Shown in pieces: positions 54,433 to 64,000 of a stretch of 64,000 bases of DNA. Position numbers and translations under genes: made by a program. The DNA comes from an uncultured Candidatus Binatia bacterium (lineage in GTDB: Bacteria > Desulfobacterota > Binatia > UBA9968 > JAJDTQ01), in contig OZ219754.1 in the NCBI GenBank assembly GCA_964291295.2, positions 1,024,001 to 1,088,000 of the forward strand, in the 5' to 3' direction. The stretch's first letter is position 1. Every line of letters starts with the position of its first letter. Below the pieces are notes generated by a model. The model was given only the letters and a program-made list of their open reading frames with translations. It ran no database searches and was not told where the DNA came from.

Positions 54433-55682
54433 AGGTTCGCATCGCCTTGTCGATATTGTTCATTCTTCTCCTGAGCGCCGTGACCGCGGTGGGCGTCTAC
54501 GTCATCAGCGACGTCAAGGAACCGCCCCGGGTCCAACCGGCGGCCGTACCCGTGCCGGTGGAGGTGGCGCCGGTGGTGGCCGCCGATTTCGTGCACCGGA
54601 TCGAGGCGCTGGGGACCCTGTCCGCCGGCCGCGAAGGGTCCGTCAGCGCGGACATCAGCGGCCGGGTGGTGGGGATCCCCGCGGCCATCGACCTCGGCAG
54701 CGTGGTGCGGGCCGGTGACGTGATGGCGCAGGTGGATGCCAAGGATTTCAGGATCGCGGTCCGGAAGGCGGCGGCGCAGGTGGCCGGCGCCAGGGCGCGG
54801 GTGCGCAAGGCCTCGGTGGACATTGAACGACAGCGGAAGCTGGTGGCTCTCAACCGGGAACAGCTGCGGCTGGCTCGCGCGGAGCACCAGAGACTCACCC
54901 GGCTGCTGAAGCAGGGGCTGGTTTCCAACCAGGAGGCGGAGCGGCAGGAGCTGGCCTGGCGGCGCATCGAGGAGGAGCTCGAGTCGGCCAGGAGCGGGGA
55001 GCGGGGGACGGAAGCGCTGCATGCCATCGCCGAGGCGGAGCTTGCCCTGGCCGAGGTTCAACTGGAACAGGCGCGGGAAACTCTGAGGGATACCGATATC
55101 CGCGCGCCGTTCGCCGGCGTCATCGCGCAAAAGAACGTGACGCTGGGGGAGCGTGTCGCTCCCGGGCAGGTGCTGTTCCAACTGGCCGACATCGAGACGG
55201 TCAAGCTCGATGTGCGCATTCCGGCTGCCGACATCCACCGGCTCGGCCCCCGGATCACGGCCAACGTGCGCGTGCGCGGGCTGGAAGAGGACTTTACCGG
55301 ACAGGTGGCCAACATCGGTCCGCAGGCGGACCGACAGACTCGCTCGTTTCCGGTGGAGATCTTCATGTCCAACGCTTCCGGCGGCAAGCTGCTTCCCGGG
55401 ATGTTCGCGCGGGCCTTGATCCCGGTCGGCGACTATCCGGGGGCGATCCTGGTTCCGCGCGACAGCGTCCTCTTCGAGGATGGCGGGCCTGCGGTCTTCG
55501 TGGCGGACCCGGATGCCGGTCGGGCCGGGCGGCGCGCCGTGCGCGTCGCCCGGCGGTTCGGGGCCCGCTACATGATCGCCTCCGGGCTTGAACCCGGGGA
55601 GCTTCTGGTAACCGCCGGACAGCGCCTGCTGCTGGACGGCGCCCGCATTCGGGTGGTCAAGCGCCGGGATCTGTCCTCATGA
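54429..55682 (+). CDS. RND efflux periplasmic adaptor (membrane fusion protein)
   Basis: N-terminal TM helix, lipoyl-like halves, IRAPFAG, LLPGMFA. Confidence 0.9.
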   Translation: MKVRIALSILFILLLSAVTAVGVYVISDVKEPPRVQPAAVPVPVEVAPVVAADFVHRIEALGTLSAGREGSVSADISGRVVGIPAAIDLGSVVRAGDVMAQVDAKDFRIAVRKAAAQVAGARARVRKASVDIERQRKLVALNREQLRLARAEHQRLTRLLKQGLVSNQEAERQELAWRRIEEELESARSGERGTEALHAIAEAELALAEVQLEQARETLRDTDIRAPFAGVIAQKNVTLGERVAPGQVLFQLADIETVKLDVRIPAADIHRLGPRITANVRVRGLEEDFTGQVANIGPQADRQTRSFPVEIFMSNASGGKLLPGMFARALIPVGDYPGAILVPRDSVLFEDGGPAVFVADPDAGRAGRRAVRVARRFGARYMIASGLEPGELLVTAGQRLLLDGARIRVVKRRDLSS

Positions 55683-58600
55683 GAAAGATCATCGAGTTCT
55701 CCATCGGCAACCCCGTCATCGTCAACCTGTTGGTGCTGCTGATCCTTGTCCTGGGCGCGATTTCCTACGTCAAGTTGAAGCGTGAACTGGCTCCCGACAT
55801 CTCCCGCGGGGTGATACGGATCGATACGGCTTACCCGGGTGCGTCGCCCGAGGAGGTGGAGGAGCTCATCACCGCCAGGATCGAGGATCAGGTCCGCAAC
55901 GTCGACGGTGTCGACGACATGCTCTCCACCTCTCGCGAGGGCCATTCCACAATCCGCCTGCGATTGCAGTCGGACACCGACATGAGCCGCGCCCTGGGCG
56001 ACGCCAGAGCCGCCCTGGACCGGGTCGTCGGCCTGCCGGAGGAGGTCGACGAGCCCCGGGTGGCGGAGGCCCAGTCCACTGTCCCGGTGATCACCGTCGC
56101 GCTGAGCGGCGACATACCCGAACAGGAGCTGCGCGAGATCGCCAAGGATGTGCAGGAACAACTCAGGCGGGTCGACGGTGTCGCCGCCGTGTCGATATTC
56201 GGCATGCGGGAGAGCCGGATTCTCATCGAGATCGACCCGGAACGCCTCGACCAGTACAGCTTGAGCCTTGATGAGGTGCGCGCCGCCGTGAACAATCAGA
56301 ACCGCAACGTGCCCGGCGGCGCGCTGAAGACCGCCCGGGGCGAGATCCTGGTGCGGACCCTGGGTGTGGCCGGAGGCGTGGCCGATCTGGAGCGCATGAT
56401 CCTGCGTTCCACCGATACCGGCCATGCGCTTGTCGTGGGAGACGTCGCGGCGGTGCGCGAGTCCTTCGAGGACGCCACCACCCTCGCGCGCTTCGACGGC
56501 AAGCCTTCGCTCAACCTCGTGGTCATCAAGGAGCGAAACGGCGACATCATCAGCGTGGCGGAACGCGTCCGCGCCGCCGTGGCGGAGATTCGCAAGACCC
56601 TGCCGGGGACCGTTTCCCTCGGCCTCTTCAACGACTTCTCGGTGTTCATCCGAAACCGTCTGGGCACCCTGGGCGAGAGCGGCGCCATCGGCCTGGCCAT
56701 CGTGCTGGCGACGCTCTGCATCTTCGTCCGCGGGCGGACGGCGCTGTTGACCGCCTTCGGCATTCCGTTCGCGGTGCTGGGCTGTCTGTTCCTGATGTCG
56801 GTTTACGGCTTCAGCCTCAACATGATCTCCGCCTTCGGCCTGATTCTGGTCATCGGCCTTCTGGTGGACGATGCCGTCATCGTTACCGAAAACGTGTACC
56901 GCTACGTCGAGCAGGGCTTGCCCGCCAAGGAGGCCGCTCTTGAGGGTACCTGCGAGATCGCCTGGCCGGTGGTCACCACCGTGCTCACCACCGTCGCGGC
57001 GTTCGTTCCGTTCCTGCTGGTGCCGGGAACCACGGGCGCCTTCCTGAGGCCCCTCCCGGTGGTGGTGACCTTCGCGCTGCTGTTCTCGCTGCTGGAGGTC
57101 CTGCTCATCCTGCCGTCGCATCTTTCGGACGTCATCACGCCCGCCTATGCGGACAAGGTGCGCCGCGGCGGGCGCCGCTGGCTTCCCGGCCTGCGCCGTC
57201 GCAAGCGGCCGAGCGGCCCCGGCCCCGGCAAGAGTTCGTGGTTGACCTGCTTGCGCCATCGCTATGAAAGGATCCTGGGACTCGCGGTCCGCTGGCGTTA
57301 CGTGGCGGTAGCCGTGATCGTGGCGGCAAGCGTGCTGCTGGCCGCGGCGGCCCGGTATCGGGTGCCCTTCGTGCTCTTTCGCGACTTCGAATCGAGCCAG
57401 TTCTTCGTGAATTTCGAAACCTCTACCAACGCCAAGCTGGAAGATACCGAGGCGGTGGCGGTTCAGGCCGAAGAGATCGTTCTGGGCTTGCCCGACGATG
57501 AGCTCAAGTCCCTGTCCACGACCGTCGGCGCCGCCTTCCTCGACCTGGACCGCGTGGTGACGGGAAGCAATGTGGGACAGCTCACGCTGGAGCTCCACGA
57601 CGACCGGAGCCGAAACTCGGCGGAGATCGTTGCCGATCTCCGGGGGGAACTGGAACGGATACCGGGCATTACCAAGCTCCAGTTCCTCAGTCTCCAGGCC
57701 GGACCCGGTGGTCCCGACATCGAGATTCGGGTCATCGGCGAGAACCTCGAAAGCCTCCGGCGTCTGACCGACGAGGTCAAGGGATTCCTGGCCACTCTGC
57801 CCGGGGTACGGGACATCCGCGATGATCTGGTTGCGGGCAAGGAGGAGCTCCGCATCAGCCTCAAGCCGGAAGGCCGCACCCTGGGGCTCGACCTGAGGGG
57901 CGTCGCGCGCCAGGTGCAGCAGGGCTTCCAGGGGGTCGAGGCCTCAAGCATCCAGCGGGGGGACGAAGACGTGCCCATCGTCGTCCGGTTCCCCCGGGAC
58001 CGGCGCAGCCACGTCGACACCGTGTCGCGCATGAAGTTCACGCTGCCTTCCGGGGAGCGGGTTTTCCTTCGCGACGTTGCCGACATTGGCACCGGCATCA
58101 GCCCGAGCCAGATCAACCGGGATGACCGCAAGCGGACGCTGAGCGTCTATGCCGAGGTGGAGGCGGGAAAGACCACCGTGGTGGAGGCCACCGACGCCCT
58201 GCGCCGGGAGTTCGCCGATGCCGGCCGGCGCTACCCCGGGCACAGGGTCGTGACCAAGGGGGAACGGCAGGAAATGGAGGAGTCCCTGGCCGCCCTGCCG
58301 CAGATCTCCCTGCTCACGTTGTTCGTCATCTACTTCTTGCTGGGTTCCCTGTTCAAGTCGTTCATACAACCGATCATCGTCATGGCCACGATTCCCTTCG
58401 CCCTGGGCGGCGTCGTCATCGGCCATCTCGTCATGGGCGAGAACCTGAGCTTCCTGTCCATCCTGGGCTTCATTGCCCTTGCCGGAGTCGTGGTCAACGA
58501 TTCCCTGATCCTGGTGGACTTCATCAACCGCAGCCGGAGAAGCGGCATGTCGGCATACGACTCCATTGTCCGGTCCGGAGTCGTGCGGCTGAGACCGGTC

Positions 58601-58843
58601 ATGCTGACCACGGTCACCACCGTCGGTGGTCTCGTTCCGCTGGCCTTCTTCGCCACCGGCCAGGCCCGGTTTCTCTCGCCCATGGCCATCTCCGTTGTCT
58701 GGGGGCTGTCCTTCGCCACGGTGCTGACGCTGATCCTCACCCCCTGTCTCTACGCCATTCTGGACGACGCCAAGGGATTCGTCCGGCGGTGCTTCCGCAC
58801 CGGTGCCGCGACGCCGGAAGGTGCCGCGGCGGAACATTCCTGA
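55679..58843 (+). CDS. RND efflux permease (AcrB/HAE1-like)
   Basis: YPGASPEEVE, GLLVDDAVIVTEN, GVVVNDS, RLRPVMLT. Confidence 0.93.
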   Translation: MRKIIEFSIGNPVIVNLLVLLILVLGAISYVKLKRELAPDISRGVIRIDTAYPGASPEEVEELITARIEDQVRNVDGVDDMLSTSREGHSTIRLRLQSDTDMSRALGDARAALDRVVGLPEEVDEPRVAEAQSTVPVITVALSGDIPEQELREIAKDVQEQLRRVDGVAAVSIFGMRESRILIEIDPERLDQYSLSLDEVRAAVNNQNRNVPGGALKTARGEILVRTLGVAGGVADLERMILRSTDTGHALVVGDVAAVRESFEDATTLARFDGKPSLNLVVIKERNGDIISVAERVRAAVAEIRKTLPGTVSLGLFNDFSVFIRNRLGTLGESGAIGLAIVLATLCIFVRGRTALLTAFGIPFAVLGCLFLMSVYGFSLNMISAFGLILVIGLLVDDAVIVTENVYRYVEQGLPAKEAALEGTCEIAWPVVTTVLTTVAAFVPFLLVPGTTGAFLRPLPVVVTFALLFSLLEVLLILPSHLSDVITPAYADKVRRGGRRWLPGLRRRKRPSGPGPGKSSWLTCLRHRYERILGLAVRWRYVAVAVIVAASVLLAAAARYRVPFVLFRDFESSQFFVNFETSTNAKLEDTEAVAVQAEEIVLGLPDDELKSLSTTVGAAFLDLDRVVTGSNVGQLTLELHDDRSRNSAEIVADLRGELERIPGITKLQFLSLQAGPGGPDIEIRVIGENLESLRRLTDEVKGFLATLPGVRDIRDDLVAGKEELRISLKPEGRTLGLDLRGVARQVQQGFQGVEASSIQRGDEDVPIVVRFPRDRRSHVDTVSRMKFTLPSGERVFLRDVADIGTGISPSQINRDDRKRTLSVYAEVEAGKTTVVEATDALRREFADAGRRYPGHRVVTKGERQEMEESLAALPQISLLTLFVIYFLLGSLFKSFIQPIIVMATIPFALGGVVIGHLVMGENLSFLSILGFIALAGVVVNDSLILVDFINRSRRSGMSAYDSIVRSGVVRLRPVMLTTVTTVGGLVPLAFFATGQARFLSPMAISVVWGLSFATVLTLILTPCLYAILDDAKGFVRRCFRTGAATPEGAAAEHS

Positions 58844-59011
58844 CGGTCGAGGGTGGCATCGGAACAACGGACGGGAGACACCGCCGAAGCGGACGCGCAC
58901 GGTGCCGCCCGGGTCATTCCCGCGCACCCGGAAGGCCGGGGTGGCGCGCGGAGTCCCGGCGCGGAGGGTCCCGATTTGACAGTGTTCGGGGCGCTTCCTA
59001 TAAGTGATCGC

Positions 59012-60730
59012 ATGCGTTGGCGCACGTCCTTCATACCCACCCTCAAGGAAGAGCCTGCGGACGCGGAGGTGACCAGCCATCGCCTGCTGGTCCGCGCCGG
59101 CATGATCCGGCAGGTCAGCCGCGGCGTGTACGATTTTCTGCCGCTGGCGCTCCGCACGCTGCGCAGGATCGAGACCATCGTGCGCGACGAGATGAACCGG
59201 GCCGGCGCCCAGGAACTGCTGATGCCGGTCACGTCGCCGGCGGAACTGTGGCGGGACAGCGGGCGCTGGGAGGTCTATGGCAAGGAGCTGCTGCGTTTCA
59301 GGGACCGCCACGAGCGGGACTTCTGCCTCGCCCCCACCCACGAGGAGGTGATCACCGATCTGGTGCGCCGGGACGTCCGCTCCTACCGCGAACTCCCCAT
59401 GAACCTCTACCAGATCCAGACCAAGTTTCGCGACGAGGTGCGTCCGCGCTTCGGCCTGATGCGCGGGCGCGAGTTCATCATGAAGGACGCCTACAGCTTC
59501 CATCTCGACCGGGACGACGCCGAGCGCGAGTACCGGAACATGTACGACACCTACCGGCGCATCTTCACCCGTTGCGGCCTCAGGTTTCGGGTGGTGGAAG
59601 CCGATTCGGGCGCCATCGGCGGAAGCCTGTCGCACGAGTTCCAGGTGCTGGCGGAGTCGGGAGAGGACGCCCTGGCCACCTGCAGCGCCTGCGACTACGC
59701 GGCCAACGTGCAGAAGGCGGAATCGCGGCTGCCCGCACCCCACCGCGACGGCGCTTCCGCGGCTCCGCTCGAGACCGTGCCCACGCCCGGCCTCAGGACG
59801 GTGCCGGAAGTTTCCGGGTTCCTGAAGGTTCCGCCGGAACGGTTCATCAAGACCCTGATCTACCGGATGCCGTCGGGAGGGTTGCTGGCGGTGCTGGTGC
59901 GCGGCGACCACGAAGTCAACGAGACCAGGCTCGGCAATCTTCTGGACACCATCGCCGTGGAGCTGGCGGATGAAGAACAGATTCGGCAGGCCGTCGGGAC
60001 GACGCCGGGTTTTCTGGGGCCGGTGGACCTGCCGCTGGAGATGTGGGCCGACCACGCCGTCCGGGGCATGACCGAGGCCGTGACCGGGGCCAACCAGGCC
60101 GACGCCCACCTCATGCACGTGAGCCAGCCGAGGGACTTCGCCCCGGCACGCTTCGAGGATCTGCGCCGGGTCCGGGCCGGGGACCTGTGCCCGCGCTGTG
60201 ACGAGGGAGTCATCGAGGAGCACCGCGGCATCGAGGCGGGCCACGTGTTCTACCTGGGGCGCAAGTACAGCAAGGCCATGGGGGCCACAGTCCTCGACTC
60301 CGAGGGGCACGAGCGCGCCATGGAGATGGGTTGCTACGGCATCGGCATCACCCGGCTGATGGCCGCCGCCATCGAGCAGAACCACGACCGGGACGGCATC
60401 ATCTGGCCCTTCTCCATCGCCCCTTTCCCGGTGGAGTTGGTGCCCCTCAACTACCGGGAGGGGCCCATCGGCGAGGTTGCCGACCGGATCTACCAGGGGC
60501 TCGTGGATGCCGGGCACGAAGCGCTGCTGGATGACCGTGACGAGCGGCCGGGCGTCAAGTTCAAGGACGCCGACCTGGTGGGCATCCCGCTGCGGGTCAC
60601 CATCGGCGCCAAGGGTCTGGCCAGGGGCAATGTGGAGTTGCGCCGGCGCGGGCAGCAGGCGACGACGGAGATACCCGCGGCGCAGGCGGTGGAGCGTATC
60701 GTCGCGGTACTGGAGAACGGCGGGGCATGA
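59012..60730 (+). CDS. proS: proline-tRNA ligase
   Basis: LAPTHEE, FRDEVRPRFGLMRGREFIMKDAYSF, MGCYGIG. Confidence 0.97.
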   Translation: MRWRTSFIPTLKEEPADAEVTSHRLLVRAGMIRQVSRGVYDFLPLALRTLRRIETIVRDEMNRAGAQELLMPVTSPAELWRDSGRWEVYGKELLRFRDRHERDFCLAPTHEEVITDLVRRDVRSYRELPMNLYQIQTKFRDEVRPRFGLMRGREFIMKDAYSFHLDRDDAEREYRNMYDTYRRIFTRCGLRFRVVEADSGAIGGSLSHEFQVLAESGEDALATCSACDYAANVQKAESRLPAPHRDGASAAPLETVPTPGLRTVPEVSGFLKVPPERFIKTLIYRMPSGGLLAVLVRGDHEVNETRLGNLLDTIAVELADEEQIRQAVGTTPGFLGPVDLPLEMWADHAVRGMTEAVTGANQADAHLMHVSQPRDFAPARFEDLRRVRAGDLCPRCDEGVIEEHRGIEAGHVFYLGRKYSKAMGATVLDSEGHERAMEMGCYGIGITRLMAAAIEQNHDRDGIIWPFSIAPFPVELVPLNYREGPIGEVADRIYQGLVDAGHEALLDDRDERPGVKFKDADLVGIPLRVTIGAKGLARGNVELRRRGQQATTEIPAAQAVERIVAVLENGGA

Positions 60731-61458
60731 CTGCCGCCGACGTTCGGCAGCGCCTGATCGTGGCCCTGGATCTGGCTGATCCGGCGAAGGCGAAGACCCT
60801 GGCCACCCGCCTGGCACCGGAGGTGGGGATGTTCAAGGTGGGCAAACAGCTCTTCCTGCGTGCCGGGCCGGACATCGTCCGCACGATCCGCGGTCTCGGC
60901 GGCGAGGTCTTTCTCGATCTCAAGTTCCACGACATCCCCAACACCGTGTCGGCGGCGGCGGTGGAAGCCGCCTGGCTCGAGGTGAAGCTGTTCAATGTGC
61001 ACATCGCTGGCGGCGGCGCGATGATGCGGCAGACCGCGGCGGCGGTGGCGGATGTGTGCGCGAAGGAGAGCCTGCGGCGGCCGTCGATGCTGGGCGTGAC
61101 GGTTCTTACCAGTCTGGATGGAACCGACCTTGAGGCGCAGGGGATTGGAGGAGGCGTGCCCGCCCAGGTTGTCAGGCTGGCGCGCATGGCCCGTGATTCG
61201 GGTCTCGCGGGCGTGGTCTGTTCCGCCCGGGAGGTCCGGGACATCCGGCGCGCCTGCGGCGACTCCTTCATGCTGGTGACGCCGGGCATCCGTCCCGCGG
61301 GCCAGCAGTCCGGCGACCAGAAGCGGGTCATGACCCCGGGCGACGCGGTTCGCGCCGGCGTCGATTACATCGTCGTGGGGAGGCCCATCACCGGTGCCGG
61401 CGACCCGGTCGGGGCGGCACGGTCCGTGGTCGCCGAAATGGCGGAGGCGGCGGGTTGA
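60727..61458 (+). CDS. pyrF: orotidine-5'-phosphate decarboxylase
   Basis: LIVALD, FLDLKFHDIPNT, VTVLTS, TPGIR, GDQKRV. Confidence 0.96.
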   Translation: MTAADVRQRLIVALDLADPAKAKTLATRLAPEVGMFKVGKQLFLRAGPDIVRTIRGLGGEVFLDLKFHDIPNTVSAAAVEAAWLEVKLFNVHIAGGGAMMRQTAAAVADVCAKESLRRPSMLGVTVLTSLDGTDLEAQGIGGGVPAQVVRLARMARDSGLAGVVCSAREVRDIRRACGDSFMLVTPGIRPAGQQSGDQKRVMTPGDAVRAGVDYIVVGRPITGAGDPVGAARSVVAEMAEAAG

Positions 61459-61543
61459 GACCGCCGGCGCCGGGCTGGCCGCCCGCGGGCGACCTCGTGT
61501 CCGTCTTTTGAACTTGCCTGTCGAAGTGCTAGGTTAGGAACCC

Positions 61544-62656
61544 ATGCCGGCAGCCACCATCGAAGAGGCACTGGAGGAGATTCGTCAGGGCAGGATGGTC
61601 ATCCTGATGGATGACCAGAACCGCGAGAACGAGGGCGACCTCACCATGGCGGCGGAGCGGGTCACGCCGGAGGCCATCAATTTCATGGCCACCTGGGGAC
61701 GGGGCCTGATCTGCCTCTCGCTCACCGAAGAGCAGGTGGCCCGGCTCGGTCTCGCCATGATGGTGCGCGACAATACCGCTCCTTTCGGCACCGCGTTCAC
61801 GGTCTCCATCGACGGTGTGAAGAACGTCACCACCGGCATATCGGCGTCCGACCGTGCCGAGACCATCCTGGCGGCCATCGCGGACGGCGCCGGCCCGGCG
61901 GATCTGTGCACGCCCGGGCACATCTTTCCGCTGCGCGCCCGGAACGGCGGCGTGCTGGTGCGCACCGGCCAGACCGAAGGCTCCGTGGATCTCTGCCGGC
62001 TGGCCGGGCTCAAACCCGCCGGAGTGATCTGCGAGATCATGAAGGACGACGGCACCATGGCGCGGCTGGCGGACCTCGAGGAGTTCGGCGAGAAGTACGA
62101 CCTCAAGATCTGTACCGTCGCCGACCTGATCCAGTACCGCCTCAAGCACGACTCGCTGATTCACCGGGTCGCCGCCACCCGGTTGCCGACCCGGTACGGC
62201 GGCGAGTTCGAAGCGGTGGTCTACAACACCCACGTGGACTCGAGCGAGCATCTGGCGCTCATCAAGGGAAAGATCTCCGAGAAGCGGGAGACCCTCGTAC
62301 GGGTGTGCACCAAGTTCCTTCCCGGCGACGTCTTCGGCTTCGAGTTCTTCGACACCGGATCGGTCATCAGGCAGTCCATGGAACTCATCGCCAGCGAGGG
62401 CGCCGGCGTCCTGCTCTATCTCCAGCCCGAAGGCAAGGGGCTGCGTCCCGCCGAGGCCGGGGAGGAGAGGAGCTTCCGCGACTTCGGCATCGGCGCCCAG
62501 ATCCTGCGGGATCTGGGCGTTCGCAAGCTCCGGCTCGTCACCAACAACCCCAGGAACCTCGTGGGCCTGTCCGGCTACGGCCTTGAGGTCACCCGTTCCG
62601 TACCTTTCCCCATGCGCGAGGGCACCATCCGGCGGGGTAGCGCGATCGGGGGCTGA
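61544..62656 (+). CDS. ribB: DHBP synthase fused to a degenerate GTP cyclohydrolase II domain (RibBX-type)
   Basis: DDQNRENEGD, GLIC, PGHIFPL, GQTEGSVD, CEIM; C-terminal domain lacks the Zn-binding cysteines. Confidence 0.9.
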   Translation: MPAATIEEALEEIRQGRMVILMDDQNRENEGDLTMAAERVTPEAINFMATWGRGLICLSLTEEQVARLGLAMMVRDNTAPFGTAFTVSIDGVKNVTTGISASDRAETILAAIADGAGPADLCTPGHIFPLRARNGGVLVRTGQTEGSVDLCRLAGLKPAGVICEIMKDDGTMARLADLEEFGEKYDLKICTVADLIQYRLKHDSLIHRVAATRLPTRYGGEFEAVVYNTHVDSSEHLALIKGKISEKRETLVRVCTKFLPGDVFGFEFFDTGSVIRQSMELIASEGAGVLLYLQPEGKGLRPAEAGEERSFRDFGIGAQILRDLGVRKLRLVTNNPRNLVGLSGYGLEVTRSVPFPMREGTIRRGSAIGG

Positions 62657-62691
62657 GGCTCTCGTCTCGGAGGGCGAGTCTCTCGCCGCCG

Positions 62692-63270
62692 CTATGACGG
62701 CGCCTCGGTCGGACCTTGGCGCAGATATGGGTGAATCGCGTTTCGCAGGCGTCTGAGGGCGTCGTCGACGGAGTGGAAAAGCTGCTCCCCGACGAGTTCG
62801 CCGTGGGCCCAGCAGTCCATCGAAGGGGCATCGGTGAAGTTGATGTCCAACACCTTCTCGCCCGGAGGGCTGCCGGTAACGAGGATGCGCACCGAGTAGC
62901 CTGCGTCAATGGCAGCGGCCCGGGCGTAGCGCGGGATTCGCAGCGAATCCCTGATGTAGCCGAGCCGCTTCCGGGGAAACTCGCCGACTCCCAGGGAGAT
63001 GTAAACCCAGTGGTCCGTGTTGTCGGCGAGCTCCCGCAGGACCTTGCCGTTGATGTCCACGATGTTCTGCAGCGCCTGTTCCTGCCGGTAGTCCTTCAGG
63101 AGCTCGAAGGCCCAGCGCTCGATCACCCCGGTGGGCTCCCGTTTGCCCCCGTCCGGCTGCCGCCTGGTCCCGGTATCGATCCACCACTTCACCTCCTGGA
63201 TGTGGTCGCCGGCAGGCGCCGCCACATCGGTGGCCGGCGGTTCGGTCCCGGGCTTTTCGGCAGCGGCCAT
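62692..63270 (-). CDS. hypothetical protein (192 aa)
   Basis: ATG 63270 lies 8 nt after the upstream stop; host-like codon usage. Confidence 0.65.
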   Translation of the reverse strand: MAAAEKPGTEPPATDVAAPAGDHIQEVKWWIDTGTRRQPDGGKREPTGVIERWAFELLKDYRQEQALQNIVDINGKVLRELADNTDHWVYISLGVGEFPRKRLGYIRDSLRIPRYARAAAIDAGYSVRILVTGSPPGEKVLDINFTDAPSMDCWAHGELVGEQLFHSVDDALRRLRNAIHPYLRQGPTEAPS

Positions 63271-63278
63271 GGCGGAGC

Positions 63279-64000
63279 CTACACCTTGAACTCGTTGAGC
63301 GTACTGGGGGCGAACAGGCTTTCCACCTCGAGCCGCTGCCTGGTGAGGCCCTGCTCGTGGGCGTAGCCCGCCAAGGTCTCCAGGACATGGCGGTTGGGCT
63401 CCAGCCCGTAGGCCCAGGGATCGGGACCCAGGATCTCCCGCTCCCGCTCCATCTGCTGGACCGACCAAGCCAGCATGTACTTGAGGGCGGAGTACTCGTA
63501 CATGGCTTCGGCACAGAGCCGCTTGGACTCGCAGAAGGCCTTGTAGAGGTTCTGGGCGACCCAGGGATGGCGTTCGTGCACGTCTTCCCGGAGCACCAGG
63601 GTGTGCATGATGGGAAAGATGCCGGTCTTACGGAAGTAGTCTTCCTCCACCGTGCGGAAGTCCGGGAACAGTCGCGCCACCCTGGGCGAGCGGCGCACGA
63701 ACGGCGACGGCATGTGGGCCGAGATCAGCGCGTCGATGTCGCCGTTCTCCAGCATGGAGGAGAGTGTCTGCTCCGGTCCGATGGGAGTGATGGAGAGGTT
63801 TTCGGGCAGATCCGGACGCAGCTTCTCCTCCCGGCCGGGCGTCTCCTCCCCGCCGGTGAACCAGTTCACCTTCTCGAGCTCCACGCCGTACTCGTGCTGC
63901 AGGATGCCCCGTTGCCAGATGGCCGCGGTCATCTGGTACTCGGGGACGCCGACCCGCTTGCCGGTGAGGTCGGCGGCCTCCGTGATGCCGGAGCCGGCAT
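63279..64000 (-). CDS. 4,5-dihydroxyphthalate decarboxylase-like / substrate-binding-fold protein (5' end outside the window)
   Basis: KRVGVPEYQMTAAIW, YFRKTGIFPIMH, DPWAYG..NR. Confidence 0.8.
   Translation of the reverse strand, partial: AGSGITEAADLTGKRVGVPEYQMTAAIWQRGILQHEYGVELEKVNWFTGGEETPGREEKLRPDLPENLSITPIGPEQTLSSMLENGDIDALISAHMPSPFVRRSPRVARLFPDFRTVEEDYFRKTGIFPIMHTLVLREDVHERHPWVAQNLYKAFCESKRLCAEAMYEYSALKYMLAWSVQQMEREREILGPDPWAYGLEPNRHVLETLAGYAHEQGLTRQRLEVESLFAPSTLNEFKV

Overview
High-GC bacterial chromosomal segment, probably origin-proximal. A deltaproteobacterial or Binatia-like lineage is an inference from the split atp operon (b'-b-delta-alpha-gamma-beta-epsilon) and gene content. 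The core backbone is plsY, thiD, mltG, aroG, mnmE-mnmG-rsmG-parA-parB with two perfect parS sites, atpF'FHAGDC, aroCKBQ, gyrBA, gpsA, rpmH-rnpA-yidD-yidC-jag, a TetR/RND efflux unit, proS, pyrF and ribB(X). A ~12 kb defence island (9.9-22.2 kb) holds an XamI-like restriction-modification (R-M) pair, a ClbS-like gene and an array-less type III-B (cmr1-6) operon. That operon continues into an MNT-HEPN toxin-antitoxin pair and a frameshifted CARF-HEPN effector. Two further R-M cassettes sit after atpC and after gyrA. Three toxic nucleases carry single inactivating lesions (4-bp duplication, amber stop, 1-bp deletion) and the HEPN toxin has an R>H change in its motif, while the methyltransferases are intact. 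A perfect 14-bp inverted repeat links the end of cmr6 to the RBS/start codon of the CARF effector. A 28-copy hexamer microsatellite precedes an unknown gene and a catalytically degenerate LexA-like domain. All family assignments come from motif recognition by eye; no database searches were run.
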